From NCBI GenBank assembly GCA_963717525.1, contig OY970343.1, positions 544,001 through 608,000 on the forward strand: 64,000 nt of DNA. The letters run 5' to 3'. A model generated the notes under the pieces. That model had not been told where the DNA came from and searched no databases. It was given only the letters and a program-made list of their open reading frames with translations. Positions 1 through 12,034 of this stretch are shown here, piece after piece (positions within the stretch are counted from its first letter, which is position 1; every line of letters begins with the position of its first letter). This DNA is from an uncultured Methanoregulaceae archaeon. Lineage in GTDB: Archaea; Halobacteriota; Methanomicrobia; Methanomicrobiales; Methanospirillaceae. The translations under genes and the position numbers were made by a program.

Positions 1-1
1 A

Positions 2-454
2 CGGGCCATCGAACTGGGCGTGCCGCCCGGCCCTCTCTTTGGCCGGCTCCAGCGCGGCGAGACGGTCAAGGTGACAAAAGACGGAGAGGAGCGGGAGGTG
101 CTCCCCTCGGACGTGATGGGTGCGCCGCGCCCGGGCCGGAAGATTGTCTACACCGGGGATACGCGCCCGGTGATCCCGGCGCTTCTCTCGTACGGGAAAG
201 AAGCAGATCTCCTCATCCATGACGCGACCTACGATGAGAGCGAGAAGAAGCGTGCCGCCGAGTTCTATCATGCGACCGCAGCGCAGGCCGGTCAGGCAGC
301 CGCCGCCACCGATGCCCGGGTCCTTGCCCTCACCCATATCAGCTCCCGGTACACGGATACCGTAGCTCATGCCGCCGAGGCAAAAGCCGCGTTCTCCGGT
401 ACCGTTATCATTCCTGACGACCTGTTTATGCTGGATGTTACGTACCGGAACTGA
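2..454 (+). CDS. rnz: Ribonuclease Z, 3' part (5' end outside window)
   Basis: GVPPGPLFGRLQ exosite, YTGDT, HDAT and LTHISSRY motifs of RNase Z; frame is open from the window edge. Confidence 0.93.
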   Translation, partial: RAIELGVPPGPLFGRLQRGETVKVTKDGEEREVLPSDVMGAPRPGRKIVYTGDTRPVIPALLSYGKEADLLIHDATYDESEKKRAAEFYHATAAQAGQAAAATDARVLALTHISSRYTDTVAHAAEAKAAFSGTVIIPDDLFMLDVTYRN

Positions 455-582
455 AGCGGCCGGGGGCTTTTTTGTTCAGAAAACAGGTCAAAGCAATCCT
501 TTTCAGGTCTGACCTGTGGACAGGGAATAATCTGGATATTGTGATGAGGGTGGTAACCTTCGTACTCCCCATTGCGATGAAC

Positions 583-676
583 GCCGCCGCCCCCGACGGG
601 GCGCCCCCGCGGCGGATCAGGAATGATAAAACCGCACTTGCCCCGCCGTGCCCCGAAAGGGCCCTGAGGCGGGGAG
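583..676 (+). repeat. GC-rich structured dispersed repeat, family A copy 1
   Basis: Near-identical to the reverse complement of 29075-29168; internal arms CCGCCGC...GCGGCGG. Confidence 0.9.
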
Positions 677-958
677 GCATCACTTGTCGTAACGAGTCGT
701 TTTTAATTTTTATAATTCGAGAGTGACCCGGATCGGTTTATACCAGTTTCTCAATGGTACTCGTTCTCCTGTTTTTTCGTACAGCTTTTTTTTTACCTGC
801 AATAACAAGTGCCGGAATGACAACTAACATAACCCTCCGGTGACTATTCATGGTACACGCTGGCAATGCTGTGTGCCGGTTAACGAAAAAACGATACAAA
901 TACAGAGATAAGTCACATACCATATCGTTTCGTTTCGCCGTGCGTGTGGAGAAAGAAC

Positions 959-2794
959 ATGGAAAATGATACTCTTGTCTACCGGCTGGCAGCCGGCTGT
1001 GACCTGTCCGATGTTGAGGAAGGAAAGACGTACCTCGGCAAGGTGCAGGGTTTTGCCACCTTCGGGATGTTTGTCCAGCTCAACGACCGGATCAAGGGCC
1101 TCGTGCATAAGACCAGCATGAAGGCCGAACACAAGGAGAAGGACAGCGTGCTTGTCCGGGTCAGGCAGATCCGGCCCAACGGGAACATCGATCTCGAGGA
1201 GCAGCTGATCCAGGTCTACCAGGTCCAGCAGGTCGAGCGCACATCGACTACGGTCAGGATTGCCGACCTTGGCACAAAACAGGGAAAGAGTGTGGCCATC
1301 GAGGGAGAGGTTGCCCAGATCAAGCAGACGAGCGGTCCCACCATCTTTACCATTGTCGACGAATCCGGCACCCAGAACGTCGCCGCATTCGTGGAGGCCG
1401 GTGTCCGGGCCTATCCCGAAGTGGAACTGAACATGATCGTCAAAGTCATCGGCGAGGTCATGATGCGCAACAACCAGCTCCAGATCGAGGCCGATGCGGT
1501 TGCTGCACTGAGCGGTGACGAGGAAGTAACCGTCCGGGCACGGATAAAAAAAGCGCTCGATGCACGTGCCGAGCCCGAGAATATCAGGCCACTCGTGAAA
1601 AGCGACGTCCTCGACAGCCTGATGCCCGAGATGCGCAAGGTGGCAAAGATCATCCGGAGAGCGGTCTTCACTGCCCAGCCGATCATCCTCCGGCACCATG
1701 CCGATGCCGATGGTATCTGCTCGGCAGTCGCCATCGAGCAGGCAGTGGTCTCGCTCATCCGGGAGTCGGGCGGGGACTTTGACGCCGATTACTACCTCTT
1801 CAAGCGTGCCCCGTCAAAGGCACCGTTCTACGAGATCGAGGATATAACCCGGGACCTGGATTTCGCGCTCAAGGACCATGCCCGGTTCGGCCAGAAGATG
1901 CCTCTGGTGATCCTCACCGACAACGGTTCCACCGAAGAGGACGAACCGTCCTATAAGATCGCAAGCGTCTACGACATCCCGTTTGTCGTCATCGATCACC
2001 ATCACCCCGATGCGACCATCGACAAGTACCTCGTCGGGCACGTCAACCCGTACCATGTGGGCGGTGACTTCGGGGTTACAGCCGGGATGCTCGGAACCGA
2101 GGTTGCCCGGCTGATCAACCCCCGGGTCGAACCGCTCATCTGGCACCTGCCGGTCGTTGCCGGGGTCGGGGACCGGAGCGAGGCGCCTGAACGGGGCCTC
2201 TACCTTGCACTTGTCCGCGACCAGTACCCCGAGCAGGCATGCAAGGACATCGCGCTCGCCCTTGACTATGAGCAGTTCTGGCTCCGGTTCAATGACGGGC
2301 GGGAGATCGTCAAGGACGTGCTCGACCTGGTCGGGAACCACGAGCGCCACACCAAGCTCGTCGGTTTGCTGGTCGATGGTGCGAACAGGATGATCGAGGA
2401 CCAGATGAGCGCCTGCATGCCCCATGTCGCTGCCCGCGTCCTTGAAAACGATGCGAAGCTCTTCTTAATCGACGTGGAGATCCATGCCCACAAGTTTACC
2501 TTCCCTCCGCCCGGTAAGACCTCGGGCGAAGTCCATGACAGGCTCTGCAGGCAGAACGAAGGAAAGCCGGTCGTCACGATCGGCTTTGGCCCGGACTTTG
2601 CCGTGCTGCGCTCCCGGGGCGTGCACATGAACATCCCCCGCATGGTCCGCGACCTGCACAACGAGATCCCCGGCGGCGGCATCTCCGGCGGCGGGCATCT
2701 TGTCGTCGGGAGCATCAAGTTTGTCGAAGGCATGCGCGATGTAGTGCTTGAAGCCCTGATCAAAAAGATCGGCGAGGCCCCGGTCCAGCAGTAA
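959..2794 (+). CDS. Archaeal RecJ-like DHH phosphoesterase with S1 and OB-fold domains
   Basis: N-terminal S1-like segment (GKVQGFATFGMFVQL), OB fold, HHADADG, DHHH and GGGH motifs. Confidence 0.85.
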   Translation: MENDTLVYRLAAGCDLSDVEEGKTYLGKVQGFATFGMFVQLNDRIKGLVHKTSMKAEHKEKDSVLVRVRQIRPNGNIDLEEQLIQVYQVQQVERTSTTVRIADLGTKQGKSVAIEGEVAQIKQTSGPTIFTIVDESGTQNVAAFVEAGVRAYPEVELNMIVKVIGEVMMRNNQLQIEADAVAALSGDEEVTVRARIKKALDARAEPENIRPLVKSDVLDSLMPEMRKVAKIIRRAVFTAQPIILRHHADADGICSAVAIEQAVVSLIRESGGDFDADYYLFKRAPSKAPFYEIEDITRDLDFALKDHARFGQKMPLVILTDNGSTEEDEPSYKIASVYDIPFVVIDHHHPDATIDKYLVGHVNPYHVGGDFGVTAGMLGTEVARLINPRVEPLIWHLPVVAGVGDRSEAPERGLYLALVRDQYPEQACKDIALALDYEQFWLRFNDGREIVKDVLDLVGNHERHTKLVGLLVDGANRMIEDQMSACMPHVAARVLENDAKLFLIDVEIHAHKFTFPPPGKTSGEVHDRLCRQNEGKPVVTIGFGPDFAVLRSRGVHMNIPRMVRDLHNEIPGGGISGGGHLVVGSIKFVEGMRDVVLEALIKKIGEAPVQQ

Positions 2795-2967
2795 GGGGCA
2801 TTCTTCTTTTTCCGGTCAAACCCGATCAATGCCCCGGATTTTTAAAAATAATGTGGAATTGGGCCGGATAAAATTCGGCCCGATATTTGAACGATTTAAA
2901 TAGTTTCTTGTCAGATTTGTGTCACTATTCCCAAAAAAAACCATTAACCTTACCAGTGCTATCAGAT

Positions 2968-2978
2968 ATTTATATATA
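2968..2978 (+). promoter_or_regulatory. Putative TATA box
   Basis: TTTATATATA about 40 nt upstream of ATG 3018. Confidence 0.55.
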
Positions 2979-3017
2979 CATCGTGATCTATATGCATTCC
3001 TAATGCTGAGGCGAAAT

Positions 3018-3269
3018 ATGTCAACAGGTAAGAACATTCGTGATAAGTACAACGAAACCCAGCACAAAATCGTTTCCTATCTTCATTCAGGGATAGACAA
3101 AGGCAAACACTACTTCAAGTCCAAATATATCGCAAAAGATTTGGGCTTGTCCCCCAAGGAAGTGGGAACGAATATGGCGATCCTTGCCGGTATGTGCAAG
3201 GAGTTGTCCATTATCCGGTGGAGTTATTCGAATAGCACGACGTGGATGGTCACGCCCCGTGCTCTGTAA
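3018..3269 (+). CDS. Small winged-HTH protein of a conserved euryarchaeal family (DUF7123-like)
   Basis: YFKSKYIAKDLGLSPKEVG...STTWMV pattern. Confidence 0.7.
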   Translation: MSTGKNIRDKYNETQHKIVSYLHSGIDKGKHYFKSKYIAKDLGLSPKEVGTNMAILAGMCKELSIIRWSYSNSTTWMVTPRAL

Positions 3270-3300
3270 ATTTTTTTAATCATCCCCGCCTTCTTTTATT

Positions 3301-3489
3301 ATGCCAAAAACAGAGTTTGAATCATCCATTGAATTTGTTGCTGATATCAATGAGCAGAAGGATTGCCTGATGTCCCAGGATCCGACCCAGGATAATCCCG
3401 GCGCTCTCTGGTTCAACATCGATCTTCCCAAGGGACACCAGTTCAAAGCCGGAGACCGTGTACGGGTGATCGTGGAAAAGATCGGGTGA
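3301..3489 (+). CDS. Small hypothetical protein (62 aa)
   Basis: Clean ATG-TGA ORF; C-terminus FKAGDRVRVIVEK is beta-barrel-like. Confidence 0.6.
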   Translation: MPKTEFESSIEFVADINEQKDCLMSQDPTQDNPGALWFNIDLPKGHQFKAGDRVRVIVEKIG

Positions 3490-3544
3490 TCATCTCTTTT
3501 CCTGTGAAGTATATCGCGCTCCCCGTGCAGAGCGTATTTGAGGA

Positions 3545-4194
3545 TCAGGCACCGGATCCGGCTTTTTCATAGTACGAAAACGGTGTTTCCAGGGTGATCC
3601 GGAAGGAATCGACATAAGCGACACTGATGATCAGATACATCGAACCTGAGTTCCGTACGACCTTGTACATTGTACCGCCATTCTGGATTTCGGCACCTGT
3701 GATGATGGTGCCGGTTTTTGCATCGCAGAGCACCATCCTGAACATCGCGTACTGGGGCTGGCTGGTTGCGGTGACACTGATATTGAGGGCCCATGCGTCG
3801 TAGGGCACCGAGAAGACCGTGGTAAGGCCGCCCCGGGAATCCTCGACATACGCAAAGGGAACGGTCGCATTTCCCCGCAGGGGGATATCGGAAGCGCCGA
3901 AGGTCTCCATATGGTCGGGGAGATGGATCACCGGGTACGTGTACGGGTTATTCGGTACAGGATCCGGTAGGGTGGCGCCGGAGGCTGGGGGGTAAGATTC
4001 ACTACGGGGGTTGGTGTGACAGATACCGAGAACATGACCGTTGGCTCCGGGGCTGGAACGTTTGTCGCCTGTACAGCAGGGCCACTCCCTGAAACAGGCA
4101 GGAGCGGCGACAGCATGGCCGGGTTTACGATCATAGCGATGAGCAGGATCACCACCAGACCGCCGGCGATGGTAAAAATATCCCCCTTATCCAC
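3545..4194 (-). CDS. Membrane-anchored hypothetical protein with Pro/Thr linker (frameshift near 3945)
   Basis: N-terminal TM helix and PT-rich linker in ORF 3928-4239 continue into ORF 3545-3931. Confidence 0.6.
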
Positions 4195-4358
4195 ACGTAC
4201 TACTGGGATGTTCCTGATAAAAATCGTAATGATCTGCACGATGCAGGTACAAAAACCATGAGTTTTCCCGGCACTTCTTCCCTTTTTTTATCTGCGAGAC
4301 CGGCACAACGGGGTGGTGGCGGAAATACATTAGTATTCCCATTGTGTATATTGATGCT

Positions 4359-4619
4359 ATGGACGTTCCCGGCCTGCGGACGTGGGTCATGTTTTACCTG
4401 ATCTCGTTTGTTGTCCTCCTCTGGGCTGCATTTCTTACCGTGAACGGCACGATGCTCTGGGTAAGCCTGATGCTTGTCATCGTGGTCGTCGGTATTAACT
4501 TTGCCACTGTCTATAACCAGATAAAAGCCCAGGCCTCGAGAAAAGCCCTGCAGGCTGCGCTTACTAAAGACATCGGGAAAGATACCGAAACCGGGCCGGA
4601 CGATCGTCAGCGGCACTAA
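4359..4619 (+). CDS. Small two-TM membrane protein
   Basis: Two hydrophobic helices followed by a charged tail. Confidence 0.6.
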   Translation: MDVPGLRTWVMFYLISFVVLLWAAFLTVNGTMLWVSLMLVIVVVGINFATVYNQIKAQASRKALQAALTKDIGKDTETGPDDRQRH

Positions 4620-4629
4620 AAAAGGTTGT

Positions 4630-5440
4630 TCACTCTTTTTTCCGGTAGATCTTCTGGATGGAATTGAACGGTGTAAAGAGCCCCTCTACCTCGCGCCCGA
4701 GGTACTCGGTTTTTCCCATGACGTAATACCCGCCGGGCACAAGCGCCGAATGGAACGTCTTTGCGAGCTCGTCTTTCTGTTTCTCGGTAAAATAGATGGT
4801 CACGTTCCGGCAGCTGATCATGTCAAGGAACCGCGAGGTCGGCTGGCCGCTCATGAGGTCGTGGGGACGGAACCGGATAATTGACTGGAGGTGTGGCTTT
4901 ACCTGGTACGTCCCATCAGGGAGCCTGGTGAAATGCCGGTGGATCCGGGCTTCGGAAAGTTTTCCCATCGCTTTTTCCGAATAGATCCCGTCTTTTGCTT
5001 TTTTGAGCACGACTTCGTCGATATCGGTGGCAAAGATCTGGCCGGAGAGGGTCTTGTCGGCGGCGTTGATCTCGGAGAGGATCATGGCAAGGGAGTAGGG
5101 TTCTTCTCCCGTCGAACAGCCGGCACACCAGATGCGGAGTGTTTTCCTGCCTTTGAAGAGCGCGGGAAATACTTCCTTTCTGAGGAGATCGTACACATCT
5201 GCATCCCGGAAGAACTCCGTGACGTTGATAGTGAGCGCATTTCGCAGGTTCTCCAGCTCCGGGGGGTGTTCGCGGAGGTACCTGAGGGTACTCGTCGTAC
5301 GCCGATGTCCCGGTCGAACGCATGCGGGAGAGCAGCCGCCGTTTTATGTAGTCCTCCTTGTAATTGGAACACTGAATCTTGAGGGTCTGCTCGATATACC
5401 GTTTCAGGACCGCAAAACCGTCGTCTTTTTCTGGCGTCAT
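4630..5440 (-). CDS. cheR: Chemotaxis protein-glutamate methyltransferase CheR (frameshift near 5287)
   Basis: YKEDYIKRRL, NVTEFFRD, IWCAGCSTGEEPYSLAM and CRNVTIYF motifs. Confidence 0.92.
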
Positions 5441-5518
5441 TAAAATGCTCTGCTCTTATGGCTGGTGAATCGGGGGTGGAGAAAAAGGACCGTCTGTCCC
5501 CCTCCTTAACACTACCTC

Positions 5519-8419
5519 TCAGGTGTGGAATTCCTTCATCATGCTGGTGCAGCGCTCCACCATGGTCGAGAGCTCTGCCGAGGCACTGGCAATCTCCTCA
5601 GTCGATGCGCTTGTCTCCTCTGCAAGCGCTGCCATGTCCTCCATGCGCTGCTGGTTGTTCCCGGTAGAGGTCCTGACCGATTCGATGCCGGCCATCAGGC
5701 CGGAAGTGGCCTGGGCCTGGCTCTCGGTAGCTTTTGTGATCTCGGTGACCCCCTGGGAAACTATGTTTGCCTCGGCGATGATCCTGTTAAGCGATTCGAC
5801 CGTCATGTTGACACTCTCGATACCGCCCTTGATCTGCTCAAAGGAGTTCTGGATGGATGATGCCGTCATCTCGCTCTTGGTCTGGATGGATCGTATCAGG
5901 GTCTCGATCTGGCTACTTGCTTTCTTCGATTCCCCTGCCAGGTTCTTTACTTCGCCGGCGACAACGGCAAACCCCCGCCCGTGCTCTCCTGCCCGTGCAG
6001 CCTCGATCGCGGCATTAAGGGCGAGCAGGTTTGTCTGGTTCGCGATATCGGTGATCAGGTTGACGATCTTTGAGATCTGGCGCATCTGTTCATTTAAGCC
6101 TGTGATCTCGTTGACGCTCTGCTCTGAGATCTTCTCGACAGCCTGCATCTTGTCTGTTGCGGTCTTTCCGACACCGGCCGCCCGGACCCTTCCTGAGCTG
6201 CTTTATCGGCGTGGGTCATGACATCATGGGAGGTGCTTGCGATCTCCTCGATCGAAGCAGAGATGTCGGATATGACCCCGGATATCTTCTCGACACTGGT
6301 GAGCTGTTCTTTTGCATTGTCGGTCGCTTTCTGGGAGGAGATGGCCACCTGTTCAGTCGCCTTTGCGATCTCATCGGTACTCCGGATCGTGTCCTGGATG
6401 GTCACGTCCAGCTTCTGGATTGCCTGCATCAGTTCGGTTATGACCGAACGGATCGCCACAGCAGATGTATTATAATCCTTTTTGAGCAGCACGAGCGGAT
6501 CTGCGTCGTCGATGCTGAGCTGGAAGGTGAGGTCACCGGCAGCGATCTTTGCAAGGCCGGTCTGGAGTTCAGCGGCGCTTGCAGAGAGCAGCTCTGCACC
6601 GGCCTTTGCCTCCTCCATCATGACCTGGATCTTCTTTTCCTGTTCGCGCCGGGCCGTCACATCGACGTAGACGCATAGGATCGTCGAGATGTTCTGCTGC
6701 GCGTCCAGCATGGGTATCCCGTACTGTTCGAGAATGCGCAGCCCTTTCGGGAACTCGATAGTGATCTCCCCGAAACTCCGGGTCTTCCCGGTGAGCACTT
6801 TTTTGAGCCCCTCGCCGGTCTGCGAGAGGATCTTGAACTCCCGGGCGTTCATGCCATGCAGTTTCTCCTTTGAGAGTCCGGTGAGGCTGGTATACGCCTC
6901 GTTTGCCATGATGATCTTAAAGGACGTGTCCATGAGCATGATGGGCATCGGGTTCTGCATGACGATGATATCCGAACGTTTCTTGAGGGCAGCCACCTCT
7001 TCCATCTTCTTTGCGAGGTCCTGCTGGCTGGCACGCTGGCTGGTTACATCGTTGTACACGAGGAGGAGGTGCTCGATCTCGTTTTTGCTGTCCAAAAGCG
7101 GCATCACGTACTGTTCGAGAATCCGGGTGCCGCTGGGGAGTTCCACCGTGACTTCGCCGAATGCCCGGCGCTTCTCCCGGATAGCAAGGCCGGCACCCTC
7201 GCCTTTCTGTTCGTGGATCTTGACATCACGCAGGTTCATGCCCGTGATCCGGTCGAGGGTATAGCCGCTCATCTGCACATAGGCGGGGTTTGCCGAGATG
7301 ACCTTAAACGAGCGATCGGTCATTAAAAGGGGGATCGGGTTCTGCTGGACGATTGTCTCAGACATGCGCCGGGCTGCAAGGACCTCCTCCATCTCCTTTC
7401 TCTCTTCAGTAATATCGTTATAGACCACGAGGATGCTCTCGATCGCCCCTTTTGCGCCGGGAATGGGTATACCGTACTGCCGGAGCCGCCGGCTGCCTGA
7501 GGGGAACTCCACGACAACCTCCCCGGCGGAACGGGTGCCGGTCTCGATGACCTTCTTCAACCCCTCCCCGGTCTGTTCGGCCAGCTTGAAATCGCGCAGC
7601 GACATGGACAGCAGCCGGCTCTTCTCGATGCCGGTGAGCGCTACGTACGCATCGTTGACCACCCGGATTTTGAAACCCATGTCCGCGAGCACGATCGGCA
7701 TCGGGTTCTGCTGGACAATTGTCTCCGATCTGGCCCTGAGCCGTTCGATCTCCTCGTTCTTCTTCCGTCTGGTGGTGAGATCATCGTAGAGTATGACCAG
7801 GGACGTGACCTCGCCGGTGCTGTCAAGCACCGGGATACAGGTACTGCTCTAAGGTATGCACACCGGAAGGAAAGGTAACGGTGAGTTCACCGACGGCACG
7901 CCGTTTCTGTTCGAGAGCGACCTTCGCATCCTCCCCGGATAGGCTCGTGATGGCAAAATCATGGATATTGGTCGTGAGGATCCTGCTCTCGGGAATCCCG
8001 CTCATGGTGACATACGCGGCATTGGCTTCAGTAATATCCAGGGACGGCGTGGCAATGAGCATGGGCACCGGGTTGTTCTTCTCCATGAACTCGAGCCGCC
8101 GTTCGAGCACGTTGATCTTCTTCTCGCATTCCACAAGTACTTCCGGCTGCGTTCCTGCCGGCGCCGGGACCCCTGGCGTCGCTGCTGCTATCTTCGATAA
8201 GGCAGCATTCACGGCGTCCACGAGCGTCGTATATTCGCTCCCGAAATGCGACGCGTCAAGGGTTTTTACCGCCTTGTTGGCGGCTGCCCCTTTGAGCGCA
8301 AGGGCAAGATCCTCGTTTAACCCCCGCACCCGCTCTGCGATCTCATCGGGAGAACTCCGTCCAGCCGGGGCCGGTGCCCCGACGAATAATGCTTTTCGTC
8401 CCGGTCGTTGTTCGGTCAT
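5519..8419 (-). CDS. Soluble methyl-accepting chemotaxis protein with multiple PAS domains (frameshifts near 7840 and 6187)
   Basis: Repeated NP(M/I/V)P PAS starts; [30 protein letters not shown] signalling tip; no TM helix. Confidence 0.9.
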
Positions 8420-8453
8420 ACCCTTTCCCCATCCTATTTTTTCTATTAAAAAT

Positions 8454-8966
8454 TTATTCGGTGCTGTGCATGATACCGGCACCCGGGCTGTTCCTAGAGC
8501 CGCTGCCCAGATCGGTGATCACTTTTTCCATGTCAAGCCAGATAATGAGATCTTTTTTCTTCTTTTCAGTATCATCTGATGAGACCTTGATGATGCCCTT
8601 GACAAACTGGGAGAATTCTGACGAGATCCCGGCGCCGATGTGCTCGATATCAGACTCGGGCACCTGGCGGACGCTGGAGACATCGTCAACGATGATCCCG
8701 ATATTGTTCCCTTTTGCTGCCTCGGGGACAAGGACAATGATCTTCTGGTTATTCCGCACTTCCTTGTCGGGAAGCGCGAGCAGCGTGTTGAGGTTCATGA
8801 TGTTAGTGATCTCTCCCCGGAGGTTGATGACCCCGGAGATGAACGGTGGTGCCCGGGGTATGGGAGTGATCGGCATCATCTCCACGATCTCGCGGGCGAG
8901 GTTGATGTCCAGTGCATACCGCTCCCCGCCCAGCTCGAACTCCACGACATCGATTGTTCCGGCCAT
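8454..8966 (-). CDS. cheW: Chemotaxis adaptor CheW
   Basis: VVEFELGGERYAL, ITPIPRAPPFISGVINLRGEI and GIIVDDV motifs. Confidence 0.93.
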   Translation of the reverse strand: MAGTIDVVEFELGGERYALDINLAREIVEMMPITPIPRAPPFISGVINLRGEITNIMNLNTLLALPDKEVRNNQKIIVLVPEAAKGNNIGIIVDDVSSVRQVPESDIEHIGAGISSEFSQFVKGIIKVSSDDTEKKKKDLIIWLDMEKVITDLGSGSRNSPGAGIMHSTE

Positions 8967-8969
8967 AAC

Positions 8970-10961
8970 TCACCGTATCTTGAACTTGTCGGTCGCAGTC
9001 TTGAGCTGTTCTGCCATGGTGGAGAGCTCGGCGGAGGCGCTCGCGATCTCCTCGGTCGATGCACTCGTCTCCTCGGCAAGGGCTGCCATGTCTTCCATGC
9101 GCTGCTGGTTCTGGTGGGTGAGGGTATTGGTCTGCTCCATGCCCTGCATCACCCGGTTTGTCGCTTCGGCCTGTGCCTCGGTAGCCTTGGTGATCTCGGT
9201 TACGCCCTGCGAGACGACATGTGCTTCCGAGATGATCCGGTTGAGCACGTCGATGGTCTGGTTGACGCTCTCGATACCGGTCTGGATCTCCAGGTAGGAG
9301 TTCTTGATCGCTGCCGCGGTCTTCTCGCTGTTGTTCTGGATGGAGCCGATCAACGTCTCGATATTGTTCGTGGCGCTCTTGGACTCCCCGGCGAGGTTGC
9401 GCACTTCACCGGCAACAACGGCAAACCCGCGACCGTGCTCCCCTGCACGTGCCGCCTCGATCGCGGCGTTTAAGGCCAGCAGGTTCGTCTGGCTGGAGAT
9501 ATCAGCGATCAGCTTGACGATGTTTGAGATCTCCTTCATGCGGTCGTTGAGTGCCGTGATCTCGGCGACGCTCTCTCCCGAGATCTTCTCCACGGTCTTC
9601 ATCTTTGCCGTTGCAACCTTGCCCAGTTCTGCGGCCTGGTTGCCCTCGCTTGCAGCCTTCTGGGCATGGGTCATGAGGTCATGGGAGGTGCTTGCGATCT
9701 CCTCGATGGAGGCAGAGAGATCAGAGACGTCGCTGCTGACCTTTTCGATCTCGGTGAGCTGTTTTTTTGCCCCTTCTGCGGATTCCTGGGTCGATATCGC
9801 CACCTGTTCGGTGGACCTGGAGATCTCCTGCGTGCTCTTACCGGTCTCCGCGGTAGTGAGGTCGAGCTGGTGGGCGGCCTTTGCGATCTCCTCGATCACG
9901 GTCTTTATGGAGAGTGCTGCCTTGTTGTAATCTTTCTTCAGGGAGACGAGGGGATCGTTCTCCGCGATCTCTGCCACAAAGGTGAGATCCCCTTCTGCCA
10001 GCCGTGACAACCCGGACTCGAGCACGTCGGCACTCCCGGAGAGCGCCTCCGCCTTCTTCTTTGAGTCCTCCATGAGTGTCTGGATCTCCTGTTCCTGCCG
10101 GCGCCGCTCGGTGATATCGTTGTATACCACGAGCAGGCTCTCGACTGCGCCGGATTCGTCAAGGAGCGGGATATAATACCAGTCCAGCGTCAGCGTACCG
10201 GCGGGGAACTCGATTACGGATTCACCATGCCCGCGCTGCTTGGATGAGATGGTCGCCTCGACACTTACCCCTTTGTTCTTCTTGTACCGGAAGTCCTTCA
10301 TCGAGATGCGGGCGGCCTCGTCCCGGGAATACCCGGTCAGTTTCAGGAACGCATTGTTCGTCGAGCGGACGGCAAGGTTCGTGTCGATGGTGAAGAGTGC
10401 ATACGGGTTCTCCTCGATAATGCGGTCGGCCCGTTGCTTGATCTGCTCGGCCTCGGCAATCTTGTCGTGGAGCTCGGTCGTGTCGATCCAGAAATAGAAT
10501 GCCCCGTCCACTTCGCCGACGGCATCAAGCAGCGGCATCGCCTGGAGGGTCAGGTACTTCTGGGTGCCGTCAGGCCATTTCACCCTGCACTCGCTTACGG
10601 CGAGCTTGCGCGTCTCGAAGCATGCATAGACGTGATCCCCGGAGATGACGGTGATATCAAAGTCATACAGCCGCTTTTTCATCAGCTCGTCGCGGGTCCC
10701 TCGCCAGAGAGATTCGTATTTTTTATTGATGTTGACGATCGCCCGGTCTTTTTTCAGGATCGCGATTGCAAGCGGGTTGAACTTGATCATCGTATCGGCC
10801 CGATGCTTCTTCTCTGCCGTATCTGCTGCCCGTGCTATGAGCCGGTTCACCTGCTGTACCAGAGGCCGCATCTCCGTTTCTGCACGGTTTTCATCGATCC
10901 GGGTCTTCAGATCCCCGTCTGCGGCTTTCTTTACTGCCTGTTCCAGTGTTGTTACGTCCAT
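8970..10961 (-). CDS. Soluble methyl-accepting chemotaxis protein (HAMP-like, 2 PAS, MA domain)
   Basis: MCP tip motif, two PAS-like domains, no TM helix. Confidence 0.92.
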   Translation of the reverse strand: MDVTTLEQAVKKAADGDLKTRIDENRAETEMRPLVQQVNRLIARAADTAEKKHRADTMIKFNPLAIAILKKDRAIVNINKKYESLWRGTRDELMKKRLYDFDITVISGDHVYACFETRKLAVSECRVKWPDGTQKYLTLQAMPLLDAVGEVDGAFYFWIDTTELHDKIAEAEQIKQRADRIIEENPYALFTIDTNLAVRSTNNAFLKLTGYSRDEAARISMKDFRYKKNKGVSVEATISSKQRGHGESVIEFPAGTLTLDWYYIPLLDESGAVESLLVVYNDITERRRQEQEIQTLMEDSKKKAEALSGSADVLESGLSRLAEGDLTFVAEIAENDPLVSLKKDYNKAALSIKTVIEEIAKAAHQLDLTTAETGKSTQEISRSTEQVAISTQESAEGAKKQLTEIEKVSSDVSDLSASIEEIASTSHDLMTHAQKAASEGNQAAELGKVATAKMKTVEKISGESVAEITALNDRMKEISNIVKLIADISSQTNLLALNAAIEAARAGEHGRGFAVVAGEVRNLAGESKSATNNIETLIGSIQNNSEKTAAAIKNSYLEIQTGIESVNQTIDVLNRIISEAHVVSQGVTEITKATEAQAEATNRVMQGMEQTNTLTHQNQQRMEDMAALAEETSASTEEIASASAELSTMAEQLKTATDKFKIR

Positions 10962-11848
10962 CTCATCACCTCATCTGCAATTATTTTGTATGCGCACCCG
11001 GCGCTGCTTTCCGGCGCGATATGCGAGATCGGCATACCACGCTTCTGGGCCTCGTACACCTCGGGAGAATAAGGTACGGTATGCACATCAGAAAACTTCG
11101 TTTCGATCCCGGCGAGCATCTCTTTTAAGCGGTCATGCTCTTTTGCATGTTCTTCATGTGCATACTTTTCCTCTTCCGTAAGGACATGGTGCGGAGTAAG
11201 GAACGACCGGAGCCAGCTGACAAGGTCACCTTTTTCCGGTTCCCGCGCCTTATCGGCCTCGTCCTCCCCGGCCTCGCCCCAGCGGGAGATGACAGCCATG
11301 TCCACGCGGAGTTCTTTTCCAAGGTCCTCTTTGATATCCTTAAAAATAGTAAAGAGCGGGCCCACACCGTTGAGGGCAAAGGATCCGGAATCGAGCGTGA
11401 CAATGATATGATCAGCGGCTACAAGGCCGTTTATCACAAACTGCCCCATGCTCGGGGGCGTGTCGATAAGGATCAGGTCATAGATCGGTTTCACGGGCAG
11501 CAGTGCGTCCCGCAGCACTTCTGCCCGCGAGGCAATCCCATAGAGATAGGGTTCTGCACCGACAAGATCCAGGTTTGACGGTGCAAGATCGATACCGGAT
11601 TCCGTAGAACAGATGATATCGATCATTTTAACCTGAGGGAACCCCTCTATCCGGCTCATGAAGAGATCATACATGTTCTTCCGGGCCGATTCCGGGAAAA
11701 CACCGAGGCCAGCTGTCGCATTGGCCTGGGGATCGCAGTCAACCACCAGCACTTTTTTCCCTGCCAGAGAACAGAATCCGGCAATATTCAGGCAGGACGT
11801 TGTTTTCCCGGTCCCGCCTTTATGGTGGCAGAACGTGATGGTTGTAAT
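10952..11848 (-). CDS. ParA/Soj-family ATPase; probable start at an ATT codon
   Basis: HKGGTGKTT deviant Walker A lies upstream of the ORF-track start; DCDPQANAT and ILIDTPP motifs; stop overlaps the MCP start. Confidence 0.85.
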   Translation of the reverse strand: MTTITFCHHKGGTGKTTSCLNIAGFCSLAGKKVLVVDCDPQANATAGLGVFPESARKNMYDLFMSRIEGFPQVKMIDIICSTESGIDLAPSNLDLVGAEPYLYGIASRAEVLRDALLPVKPIYDLILIDTPPSMGQFVINGLVAADHIIVTLDSGSFALNGVGPLFTIFKDIKEDLGKELRVDMAVISRWGEAGEDEADKAREPEKGDLVSWLRSFLTPHHVLTEEEKYAHEEHAKEHDRLKEMLAGIETKFSDVHTVPYSPEVYEAQKRGMPISHIAPESSAGCAYKIIADEVMRWT

Positions 11849-12034
11849 GATATCACCTGACTGAATTTTTATAAAGGTTCCCTTTAATAACTTTGCTTTC
11901 CGGAAATTGTCGAGCCGGACTTTGTTTTTTTTATTTTTTTCAGGCTATTAAAGCGTTTTTCCAGTTTCGCGGGTATACGGAGTTTTTCCCAGACAGGGTA
12001 TAGGTTTTTATGGATAAAGTCTGACAAGAGAAGT

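Noticed and set aside
472..726. ORFs 472-726 (+) and 438-683 (-)
   Set aside because: They run through the family A repeat and show no protein-like signal
5519..9500. Strong DNA similarity between 5540-6060 and 9010-9530
   Set aside because: Explained by paralogous MCP signalling domains
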